Positions 1 through 6,978 of a DNA stretch of 35,941 nucleotides are shown one piece after another. The DNA comes from Anaerolineae bacterium. GTDB lineage: Bacteria; Chloroflexota; Anaerolineae; E26-bin7. Both the position numbers and the translations under genes were made by a program. The stretch lies in assembly GCA_029933115.1 (NCBI GenBank), contig JAOZOT010000004.1, positions 1 through 35,941 of the forward strand. Direction: 5' to 3'. The stretch's first letter is position 1, and each line of letters begins with the position of its first letter. The notes beneath the pieces were generated by a model, which saw only the letters and a list, made by a program, of their open reading frames with translations, was not told the origin of the DNA and did not search any database.

Positions 1-15
1 CACTACGAGCATTTT

Positions 16-1098
16 TCAGACACGCTGTTTGACGTAAATGGGATTGGTAAAGACCCAGCCCCGTTCCCTGAAGAAACAGCGGCGATGGGCCTCGACTCTG
101 TAGACTCCTGGTTCCCTGGCCGTATAACGTAACTCCTTTCCCCTTGTGCGAGCTACGACTGTTCCATTTTTGAGCAAACGGATGTGAGCCCGCTGTGGCG
201 AAGAGACCTCAAACACAATCTGACTTTGAAGGGTAATGGCATCGCCCATGATGGCTTCGGCTACGCTGCTTCTGGCCTTGAAGCGGAAACCCCGCGCATT
301 GCCCAGCAAACCATATACTATGAAACAGCGCCCTCTTCTCAATGCTCCATAGATCACCTCTTTGTCGTGCTCCAACTCCCCGTTGAAGGTCTCTTCGCTC
401 AGAATGTGCAGATTGCTGGCCTGGAACAGGTGTCTATAAGAGAACACCTTCCTACTCAGGGGCCCCAGACGATAGGTTTTAGCATGGGCATCGGAACCGC
501 AGATGGCCACGACTCTTTTGGTTCGCAGAAGCTCGTCCCATCGGGCCAAGGTCTCTGGAAAAGGTCCGCACATGGCTATCTGAGGGAAATAGACCAGCAG
601 GATGGCCTGGAGCATGTTAGGGAGGTGAGCCTTGAACTCGGACATATAGTTCCAGAGCTCCAGGCCCGTGTAGCCTGTCACCGACCAGTCAACCCAGGGA
701 AGCGCCGCTTCATTGGCCAGCGGTGCGCTGCGCTCGAAGGGATGAGCGATGAAACCGAACCCACCCTGAGCATTGACCGCATCAATGACAGCCTGGGGGT
801 CTTTGGCGTAAGAGGCCACATCTTCGGTAATATCGAAAGCCAGATAGTGGTTGACCTCGGGCACCCGTTGGGTGTCGTGAACCTCTTCGCCTACCAGGAG
901 GAGGGTGTTCCCGTACCAGCCTTCTTTTCCTTTGACCAAGACGTTGTGGTCGGTGGGGATGACAAAATCCAGCCCCACGCTCTGAGCGATGCGGACGATT
1001 TCCTCATGGGTGGCGGTGCCGTCAGAAAAAGTGGTGTGAAGGTGGACGTTGCCTACATATTCGTTGCAATTCACGTATACGGCCTCAAAATGCCTCAA
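16..1098 (-). CDS. PHP-domain metal-dependent phosphoesterase (CehA/McbA-like)
   Basis: 360-aa ORF. The N-terminus carries the PHP metal-binding signature VHLHTTFSDG, followed by IPTDHN and later GSDAH. The start is ambiguous: TTG at 1098, or in-frame GTG at 1074 preceded by GAGG. Confidence 0.75.
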   Translation of the reverse strand: MRHFEAVYVNCNEYVGNVHLHTTFSDGTATHEEIVRIAQSVGLDFVIPTDHNVLVKGKEGWYGNTLLLVGEEVHDTQRVPEVNHYLAFDITEDVASYAKDPQAVIDAVNAQGGFGFIAHPFERSAPLANEAALPWVDWSVTGYTGLELWNYMSEFKAHLPNMLQAILLVYFPQIAMCGPFPETLARWDELLRTKRVVAICGSDAHAKTYRLGPLSRKVFSYRHLFQASNLHILSEETFNGELEHDKEVIYGALRRGRCFIVYGLLGNARGFRFKARSSVAEAIMGDAITLQSQIVFEVSSPQRAHIRLLKNGTVVARTRGKELRYTAREPGVYRVEAHRRCFFRERGWVFTNPIYVKQRV

Positions 1099-1131
1099 CC
1101 GAATCTCAACTGAATCTCCACTGAATCTCTA
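1099..1131. promoter_or_regulatory. Three tandem 11-bp direct repeats (CCGAATCTCAA / CTGAATCTCCA / CTGAATCTCTA); candidate transcription-factor site
   Basis: Read directly from the sequence: the GAATCTC core starts at 1101, 1112 and 1123, an exact 11-bp (one helical turn) spacing. The repeats lie in the divergent intergenic region between the PHP gene (-) and the REC gene (+), just upstream of an extended -10 element. The repeat itself is certain; the regulatory role is inferred. Confidence 0.4.
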
Positions 1132-1151
1132 CCCACAAAAAGGGGCAGCAA

Positions 1152-1160
1152 TGGTATAAT
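1152..1160 (+). promoter_or_regulatory. Extended -10 promoter element TGgTATAAT (no good -35)
   Basis: Sequence aTGgTATAATc at 1151-1161. The -35 position is occupied by the end of the 11-bp repeat array. It would drive the REC gene at 1310 with a leader of about 145 nt. Confidence 0.3.
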
Positions 1161-1309
1161 CATGGCAGACCCGCTTTAGCGGCAAACGCAGACAGGAATT
1201 CAAAAGCGCGCTTAATTGCTGGGGCATAGAAGCAGCTTGGCCGCTCCGCGCTCAAGCTCAGGGCTAAACGGCTATGTAGTGCGCTTTGAGGAACGATAGG
1301 AGTCGGGAA

Positions 1310-1774
1310 ATGACGGGCCCAGGGGAGGACAGCGGGCGCATTTTGGTAATTGACGAAAGGAAAGCCACCGGCGACTCCCTGGGCCTTATCCTGCGAAACA
1401 GTGGGTACAATGTCAGCGTGGTCTATAGTATGGACAAAGCACTGACAGAGACGCAGACCGGGGGCTTTGACCTGGTCATTGCCGACGTAAAGGTGCCAAC
1501 TTTGGATAGCCTGGAGATTCTGCGCCAGATAAAACAACACGATGCTGACATCGTCATCATCATGACCACCGACTACCCCACCCTGGAGACGGTCATAAAA
1601 GCTATCCGCTACAACGCTTACGATTATCTGATCAAACCCTTGGACAAAACCGATGAAGTGCTGGCCGTTGTCGGACAGGGGTTGCGCAAACGGCGATCCT
1701 TGTTGGCGAACCGGCAGGCTGACAGAAGTTTATCGTCCGGTAAAGTGCCATCGGCTCAGATTCACCCCACCTGA
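1310..1774 (+). CDS. Single-domain response regulator (REC) with a C-terminal tail of about 40 aa and no recognisable output domain
   Basis: REC hallmarks: ILVIDE acidic pocket, phospho-acceptor context DLVIADVKVP, conserved Thr in IIMTT and Lys in DYLIKP. ATG at 1310 is preceded by AGGAG (1298-1302). The ORF track begins at an upstream TTG (1286). Confidence 0.85.
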   Translation: MTGPGEDSGRILVIDERKATGDSLGLILRNSGYNVSVVYSMDKALTETQTGGFDLVIADVKVPTLDSLEILRQIKQHDADIVIIMTTDYPTLETVIKAIRYNAYDYLIKPLDKTDEVLAVVGQGLRKRRSLLANRQADRSLSSGKVPSAQIHPT

Positions 1775-2982
1775 TTGGTACTACCAAAGAGCAGCCGAGA
1801 GTCGGAGAAGAGCCACCTGCCAGATTGCAGGTGGCTCTCTTCTTGCCCCCCTATCTCGATTTCGAAATCGAGGGGCACTAGTTGCACCCATGTGTTGCCG
1901 GGTTTGAGGGGGAAGGGCCTCCCTTCACTATCTACGTAACGCAGCATGTCTGGCCGCCGGCGTCGTATCCACCTGACCTCGTAGGCTCGCCCATCGCGCA
2001 GAATGATAGCGCGCCCCTCTCCCCAGAGTTGGATTTCAATCGAATGAGCTCCCAACTCATCCTCAACGATGTCGGTCTCAACGTGATTGACGTAGAGCAC
2101 GACGACGTTCCGGACGGCAATCTGCTCCCCGGTCACCTCGTCAAGATGAGGCTCACCCAACACCGAGCGCAAATAGACCTGGCGCTCAGGGTCATATTGA
2201 TATTCAGCCGTGGCATACTGAGCGTTATAAACTATGGAAAGGTGAGTGGCCGGGCTTCCCCCATCCGGTGGTTCCTCAGCAAAGACCAGTCCCGTCAAGT
2301 CCTGACGGCTGTCCCATCCCCTTCTCTCCGCAGCCTGCCACAATGTTTCGGTATCGGTGAAGAGAGTGTTCTCATAAGCTTTGCCTTCTGCCGGGACTCG
2401 ATAGATGATCTCATCCGAGTCCGGGTCTCTGAACAGAGGGTCGGGAGACAGCAGCCGGTCGCTGAAATCACATTTTTGAAAGCGTGGTACAAGGCCGGGG
2501 CTGACTCCGGAGAAGATGAGGATGGCTTTATACATGGCTGGAATTTCCAGATCAATGAGGCGCGCACTGCGGATGCAGCCTATCTTCTCGGCCTTCTGGC
2601 AGAGGTAAATAGCTGTGAAACGGGTCAGGTTGGCTTCTGTCAGATGCTCAAATACAATGTCGGCTCGGTTGAGGCCGGCTTGAGGGCGGACAGCATTCGG
2701 GAAGTTGGAGATCTTCACGGCCAAAGGCCGGCGCTCCAGAACGCGGGGGTCGCTGACCTTCTCACCTGTGAGGGGGCAGATGTCAGGGGGCAGCGTGGGC
2801 AAAGCCTCTGGGGTAGGGGACTCTGTTGGGGTCGGGGCCAGGGTGGGCGTGGAGGTAGGCGTAGCCGTTGACTGCAATTGAGCGATTAACTCGGGAGTAT
2901 CGGTCGGTGTGGACGTTGCAGAAGAGCCGCCGGATGAGGAGCAGCCGCTGACGCCAGATGACAGCAATACCAACCAAGCCAT
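1762..2982 (-). CDS. DUF3048-family secreted lipoprotein (YerB-like) with a Pro/Thr-rich linker
   Basis: Signal peptide plus lipobox (MAWLVLLSSGVSGC), then a PT-rich linker. The conserved DUF3048 core follows: CPLTGEK...RRPLAVKISNFPNAVRPQAGLNRADIVFEHLTEANLTRFTAIY. I chose the ATG at 2982 (start of the signal peptide) over the ORF-track ATG at 3099. No strong SD precedes either. Confidence 0.75.
   Translation of the reverse strand: MAWLVLLSSGVSGCSSSGGSSATSTPTDTPELIAQLQSTATPTSTPTLAPTPTESPTPEALPTLPPDICPLTGEKVSDPRVLERRPLAVKISNFPNAVRPQAGLNRADIVFEHLTEANLTRFTAIYLCQKAEKIGCIRSARLIDLEIPAMYKAILIFSGVSPGLVPRFQKCDFSDRLLSPDPLFRDPDSDEIIYRVPAEGKAYENTLFTDTETLWQAAERRGWDSRQDLTGLVFAEEPPDGGSPATHLSIVYNAQYATAEYQYDPERQVYLRSVLGEPHLDEVTGEQIAVRNVVVLYVNHVETDIVEDELGAHSIEIQLWGEGRAIILRDGRAYEVRWIRRRRPDMLRYVDSEGRPFPLKPGNTWVQLVPLDFEIEIGGQEESHLQSGRWLFSDSRLLFGSTNQVG
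1810..1837. terminator. Perfect 11-bp stem hairpin GAGCCACCTGC-cagatt-GCAGGTGGCTC; possible terminator for the REC gene
   Basis: The inverted repeat was read directly. It is followed by CTCTTCTTG on the + strand (a weak U-tract). It lies 36 nt after the REC stop codon but inside the C-terminal tail of the convergent DUF3048 ORF. Confidence 0.3.
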
Positions 2983-3101
2983 TAAAATGTAAAGCGGAAA
3001 GCGAGCTCTGGACACGGTGGATGGACACCTCCGAAAACTATGGTATCCTGAGAATTTCACCCGTGACCTTCCGCGCGGGTGACAGTGCTTCGGCGACATT
3101 A

Positions 3102-3110
3102 ATTATAGCA
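3102..3110 (-). promoter_or_regulatory. Extended -10 element TGcTATAAT on the minus strand, upstream of the DUF3048 gene
   Basis: The reverse complement of 3102-3110 reads TGCTATAAT. It sits immediately upstream of the ATG at 3099, which argues that transcription starts downstream of that ATG and supports the 2982 start. Confidence 0.35.
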
Positions 3111-3150
3111 CATCTAGACGAATTAGGCTACTTCTGGTACCTCTTTCCCA

Positions 3151-3178
3151 TTGACTTTCACAGGGGTTATGGTATGTT
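3151..3178 (+). promoter_or_regulatory. Candidate sigma-70-like promoter TTGACT-16 nt-TATGTT
   Basis: Hexamers were read directly. The promoter lies about 20 nt upstream of a GGGAGG SD and the ATG at 3198. Confidence 0.2.
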
Positions 3179-3197
3179 AAAAGGGAGGCTTTGGATA

Positions 3198-3329
3198 ATG
3201 GCCTGCGGAGCGGGCTCCGGGGGCTTGACTGAACTCGGCCAGAGTCCTTACGTCAAGGGCTTGAGGCCCTTAGTCGAGCACTTTGAAACGGTGCCTTCTA
3301 ACAGCCTCCCCTTCAAACAGTTGACTTAA
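3198..3329 (+). CDS. Candidate 43-codon small ORF (MACGAGSGGLTELGQSPYVKGLRPLVEHFETVPSNSLPFKQLT)
   Basis: GGGAGG at 3183-3188 lies 9 nt before the ATG. Third-codon-position G+C is 30/42 by manual count, similar to neighbouring genes. I recognise no family, so it could be spurious. Confidence 0.2.
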   Translation: MACGAGSGGLTELGQSPYVKGLRPLVEHFETVPSNSLPFKQLT

Positions 3330-3349
3330 AGCAAGAGTGAGGGTATAAT
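3321..3349 (+). promoter_or_regulatory. Near-consensus sigma-70-like promoter TTGACT-17 nt-TATAAT
   Basis: Hexamers and the 17-nt spacer were counted directly. The promoter lies about 70 nt upstream of the DUF4388 start, at the head of the 24-gene plus-strand block. Confidence 0.5.
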
Positions 3350-3422
3350 TTAAACGTACATTTTTTTCAAATAGCACTGTCCAGAAACGGTGGTTCACTA
3401 CTAAAGCGAAGGTGGAAAGAAG

Positions 3423-4250
3423 ATGGCACTTAAGGGAAACCTGAGGGACTTTAGCACCACACAACTGCTCAATCTCATCAATCTGGCGCGCAAGACGGGC
3501 GCTTTGACCATTGAAGCGCAGGGGACTTCGGCCAAGTTGTTCTTCAAGGAGGGGAAGCTAATCCATGCCTCTCTGGGTGATCAGGATGGGCACCTAGCTA
3601 ACATGTTGCTTAAGGCGGGCAAGCTCAGCGCCGAGCAAACCAGAGCCATCCAGGCCCATTCCGAGGTTGATTCTGATAAGGAGCTTGGGCTTCTTTTGAT
3701 TAACGCCGGCTATGTTACCCAGAACGACATTGTGCAGAGCGTCAAGGCTTACATTTTGGATGTGGTCTACACGCTCTTTACCTGGGTGGAGGGCCTGTTC
3801 TATTTCGAGCCCAATATCCTTCCCTCAGAAGACAAGATTACCGTACCTATCAACCTCGAAAACGTTATTATGGAGGGGAGTCGTCGGCTCAAGGAGTGGG
3901 AGAGATTGCAAGATGAACTCCCTGATTTGAACAGGGCCTTGCGGTTCACAGACCGGCCTGATACTAAACTCCGTGACATTAACCTGAGCGTAGAGGAATG
4001 GCGAGTTATTTCGTTCATAAATCCGCGCAACACCATCAAACAGATAGCCCAGTCTAACAACATGGACGACTTCCAAATTCGGAAAATCGTCTATGGTATG
4101 CTCCAGGCTGGTTTGGTGGAGTTGGTGACACCGGAAGGGGGTGAGGCAAAACCGGGAATGCCACCTGGACGCCCAAGGACTGCGGCACCGCCGCCGGCGG
4201 TGAAGCGGGGGGTGATCCTGCGTCTGATTGATAGGATTAAAAAGATATAG
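3423..4250 (+). CDS. PATAN/DUF4388-domain protein with a C-terminal wHTH-like (DUF742/CvnC-like) region
   Basis: The N-terminus, MALKGNLRDFSTTQLLNLINLARKTGALTIEAQGTSAKLFFKEGKLIHASLG, matches the DUF4388 (PATAN) pattern. The C-terminal segment LSVEEWRVISFINPRNTIKQIAQSNNMDDFQIRKIVYGMLQAGLVELV resembles the DUF742-type winged-helix pattern; that second call is tentative. Confidence 0.7.
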   Translation: MALKGNLRDFSTTQLLNLINLARKTGALTIEAQGTSAKLFFKEGKLIHASLGDQDGHLANMLLKAGKLSAEQTRAIQAHSEVDSDKELGLLLINAGYVTQNDIVQSVKAYILDVVYTLFTWVEGLFYFEPNILPSEDKITVPINLENVIMEGSRRLKEWERLQDELPDLNRALRFTDRPDTKLRDINLSVEEWRVISFINPRNTIKQIAQSNNMDDFQIRKIVYGMLQAGLVELVTPEGGEAKPGMPPGRPRTAAPPPAVKRGVILRLIDRIKKI

Positions 4251-4506
4251 GCACACTCTTGAGGAGAGGGCTTGCGCAGCCGGTCGGGGTGTGGGGGGTG
4301 TCCCTCCACCACTCTTCTTTTCCCTCACCAAGTGGGAGAACGGCCCACCTAGTCTGCTTTCGGGGCCGGGAAAGTGGGGTTGGGGAGGTACCCCTCAAGC
4401 TCCCCAGGCTTTGCAAGCCCAGAGGCGGAGAGCCGGGAAGAGGCAAGGAAAGGTTTCTCGTTGCCCTTCCAAATCTTATCTGAAAGAGAAGGGGTAGATA
4501 GTCAAA

Positions 4507-5043
4507 ATGCAAACGGTAAAAATGGTCGTCACAGGCCCTTTCAGTGCTGGCAAAACAGAATTCATCAGAACCATCAGTGAGATTGACGTCGTTTCAACCG
4601 AGCGCAAAATCACTGATGAAACCAAGAGCATCAAAGAAGAAACAACAGTGGCCATGGATTTCGGGCGTATCACTGTTGATGAGGATTTGGTCTTATATCT
4701 TTTTGGCACACCCGGGCAGAAGCGCTTCGACTTTATGTGGGAGATTCTGTCTGAGGGGATGCTAGGCTTCATCGTGCTCGTAGACAGTGTTCGCCCCGAG
4801 ACCTTCCGCGAGGCGAGACGTATACTCGATGTCTTCAGCAGTTACGGCGCCGCCACGCCCTACATCGTGGCCGCCAACAAACAGGATCTGCCTGATGCAT
4901 GGCCGCCTGAAGACCTGCGCATCGCCTTGAAAATAGACCGGAATGTAAAAGTTCTACCTTGTGTGGCCACCGACAAAGAGAGCGTCAAGAATGTCCTTCT
5001 GGAGCTCCTGTACTCTATCTTGGAGGGGACCGAAGAGGAATAG
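4507..5043 (+). CDS. Small Ras-like GTPase of the prokaryotic CvnD/MglA-related (COG2229-type) group
   Basis: P-loop GPFSAGKT, switch-II FGTPGQ and G4 NKQD are all present. 178 aa. Confidence 0.85.
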   Translation: MQTVKMVVTGPFSAGKTEFIRTISEIDVVSTERKITDETKSIKEETTVAMDFGRITVDEDLVLYLFGTPGQKRFDFMWEILSEGMLGFIVLVDSVRPETFREARRILDVFSSYGAATPYIVAANKQDLPDAWPPEDLRIALKIDRNVKVLPCVATDKESVKNVLLELLYSILEGTEEE

Positions 5044-5148
5044 CTGGCCTCTGAAAGGGAGGGGAGGTTATCACGACTCGGCGATTGGGTTGCAACCGGC
5101 CGGCCGCCTGACTATCCAAACCCGGCCACCTGCAATGGAGGGGATAGG

Positions 5149-5943
5149 TTGAGTTCCATAGTTACGGATAAAGGCATCGTTCATTACGAAGTAGATGGAC
5201 GTGGCAAACCCCTCGTTTTCCTGCATGGTTGGTTGGGTTCATGGGGTGTCTGGCGCGAAATCATGTTGACTATCTCTAGTCTGCGCCGATATAAAATCTA
5301 CGCACTGGATTTCTGGGGCTTTGGGGATTCGGCGAAAAAGAGCGCACCTTTCTTCACCGTCCCCTCATACGTGTTTATGGTGGATCAGTTCATGGAGATA
5401 ATGGGAATCGCTCAGGCCCCAGTGATCGGCCACTCGATGGGAGGAACAGTGGCCATGAATCTCGCTTTGGAACACCCCTCCCGGGTCGAGAAAGTGGTCG
5501 TCATAGGTTCTCCTATGGTAGGCAGCTCCCTTAACATTTTGCTCAAGCTCGCCGGCCATCAATTCATCGCTTCTCTCGTCTGGAGTAACCTTGGCCTGTT
5601 GCGCCTGGGCCTGAGACTGTTCTCCTCCAGGCTGGCCAAAGATGGCCCCAAGCTTTACAGGATGATCGAAAAAGACCTCTCTCAGACAACAGTAGAAGCG
5701 TTCTGGTGGAGCATAGCCTCGTTGCGAGACATCAACTTGCAGCCGTATCTTAACCAAGTGCAAGTGCCGACCTTGGCCATTTACGGCCGGAAAGATAACA
5801 TTGTCCACCCATCTCAGGCGGGGATTATTGGTGAAGAGATAAGGGACGCTCGAGTGGAGTGGATGAATGATTCCAAACATTTTCCCATGCTCGATGAGCC
5901 GGAACGATTTACCAGCGTTCTGCTGGATTTCCTGGCCTCCTAG
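5149..5943 (+). CDS. Alpha/beta-fold hydrolase (copy 1)
   Basis: Oxyanion region FLHGW, nucleophile elbow GHSMGG, acid in GRKDNIV and His in SKHFPMLDEP. The TTG start at 5149 is supported by N-terminal alignment with the paralog at 27648 (MSSIVTDKGIVHYE vs MSAIVIDGGLIHYE) and by GGAGGGG upstream. Confidence 0.85.
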   Translation: MSSIVTDKGIVHYEVDGRGKPLVFLHGWLGSWGVWREIMLTISSLRRYKIYALDFWGFGDSAKKSAPFFTVPSYVFMVDQFMEIMGIAQAPVIGHSMGGTVAMNLALEHPSRVEKVVVIGSPMVGSSLNILLKLAGHQFIASLVWSNLGLLRLGLRLFSSRLAKDGPKLYRMIEKDLSQTTVEAFWWSIASLRDINLQPYLNQVQVPTLAIYGRKDNIVHPSQAGIIGEEIRDARVEWMNDSKHFPMLDEPERFTSVLLDFLAS

Positions 5944-6154
5944 TTGCATGGTCAGAAACCCCTCGCTCAGTTCGGGCGCGTGGGGTAGAGAGATGGGGAT
6001 GTCACCCCAACCCTCGTCCCTCCACAGAAATGAGGGACTGCCCCTGATTGGAGACAAGAGGCCGTTTGGGAATCTGAACTGCTCCTCGGACCTTCGCTAC
6101 GCAAGCCAACTTCCGGTCGCCTGCGCTTTGATATGCCACGAGGAGGTACAAGGC

Positions 6155-6805
6155 ATGACAGAAGGCAAGGCTGAAACCCCTGCCACTGAAGTGAAGTACT
6201 ACTGGCCTAATAAAATGGGGCGCATTGCCCTCCTGGCCTTAGAGGACGTAATGGGCAGAAATGGAGTAAATGCCGTCCTCAACCTGGCCAAGCTAAGGCA
6301 TCTGGTCAACAACTATCCGCCTAACAACCTCGACTTGCAATTCAGCTTTGACGAGTTTAGCGCCATCCAACAAGCTCTTGAAGATATGTATGGTCCACGA
6401 GGTGGCAAAGGGTTGGCCTTGCGCCAGGGCCGAGCCGCTTTCAAGTACGCCCTCAGGGAGTTTGGAGCAGTATTGGGTATCACCGACCTAGCCTTCCGAC
6501 TGTTGCCTCTGGGATTGAAGATGAAAGTGGGCTTGAACGCCATCGCTGAGACTTTTAATAAATTCACCGATCACAAAGTTCACATCGAAGAGGAAGCCGA
6601 TCGTTTCATCTGGGTCATTGAACGATGCATCGTGTGTTGGAACAGGAAATCTGATGTGCCGTGCTGCCACGCCGCAGTGGGCATTTTACAGGAGGGCGCC
6701 CACTGGGTGAGTGGGGGGAAAAACTTTCGCATTGAAGAGATAACCTGCATCGCTATGGGTGATCCTACCTGCAATATTATTATTGATAAAAAGCCACTGG
6801 ATTAG
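6155..6805 (+). CDS. V4R (4-vinyl-reductase-type) small-molecule-binding domain protein (copy 1)
   Basis: The C-terminal V4R Cys pattern is present: ERCIVCWNRKSDVPCCHAAVGILQEGAHWVSGGKNFRIEEITCIAMGDPTCNIII. ATG at 6155 is preceded by AGGAGG (6141-6146). The ORF-track extension back to 5867 overlaps the hydrolase gene and was not used. Confidence 0.8.
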   Translation: MTEGKAETPATEVKYYWPNKMGRIALLALEDVMGRNGVNAVLNLAKLRHLVNNYPPNNLDLQFSFDEFSAIQQALEDMYGPRGGKGLALRQGRAAFKYALREFGAVLGITDLAFRLLPLGLKMKVGLNAIAETFNKFTDHKVHIEEEADRFIWVIERCIVCWNRKSDVPCCHAAVGILQEGAHWVSGGKNFRIEEITCIAMGDPTCNIIIDKKPLD

Positions 6806-6864
6806 ACAATTAGATCACCAGCAGGGGCCGGCCTAACAGACTCAGTAAGCCCCCAACTCTTGCT

Positions 6865-6913
6865 CGTAGTGGGCGCTTCGGCGCCTCAAAAACGCACCGA
6901 AGGGCGCACTACG
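6865..6913. repeat. REP-like imperfect palindrome CGTAGTGGGCGCTTCGG-15 nt-CCGAAGGGCGCACTACG
   Basis: 15 of 17 arm positions pair by manual check. The outer arm CTCGTAGT/CACTACGA recurs at window position 1-10 (CACTACGAGC) and at 35881-35888. Confidence 0.6.
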
Positions 6914-6978
6914 AATCCCAATTGCAGTCTGCTGAGACTCGGCTCCGACGGGCGAAGGGAAGCGCGAGTTGCATAGCT

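Noticed and set aside
184-1113. 309-aa ORF on the + strand, antisense to the PHP gene. Similar long antisense ORFs occur at 1882-2871 (+), 5365-6057 (-), 7381-8202 (-), 8559-9191 (-), 10265-10786 (-), 16883-17524 (-), 23577-24494 (-) and 29219-29968 (-).
   Set aside because: Each fully overlaps a CDS with clear family motifs on the other strand. The translations are low-complexity (rich in R/G/P/H/Q) with no recognisable motifs. These are typical shadow ORFs in GC-rich coding DNA.
4228-4512. Small ORFs (89, 74, 68 and 91 aa) in the spacer between the PATAN and GTPase genes. I considered them as a possible missing Roadblock/MglB gene.
   Set aside because: The translations are G/P/R/W-rich low-complexity sequence with no Roadblock-like alpha/beta pattern, no SD and mutual overlap. 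The region is better treated as non-coding, G-rich spacer.
6016-6038. 7-bp perfect hairpin GTCCCTC-cacagaaat-GAGGGAC between hydrolase-1 and V4R-1, considered as an attenuator.
   Set aside because: It is short, has no U-tract, and the paralogous cassette has no equivalent structure in its spacer (28434-28510). The evidence is insufficient to call a feature.
5867-6154. Upstream extensions of ORF-track starts: 5867 for V4R-1, 28412 for V4R-2, 34490 for LysM, 6922 for the beta-helix protein, 18047 for RsbR, 3099 for DUF3048 and 1286 for REC.
   Set aside because: Except for DUF3048, each has an internal ATG with a strong AGGAG(G)-type SD at proper spacing. The paralog or homolog N-termini, or the signal peptide, begin at that ATG (for DUF3048 the signal peptide is the only argument, as no strong SD precedes either candidate start). 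Several of the extensions overlap upstream genes or non-coding DNA.
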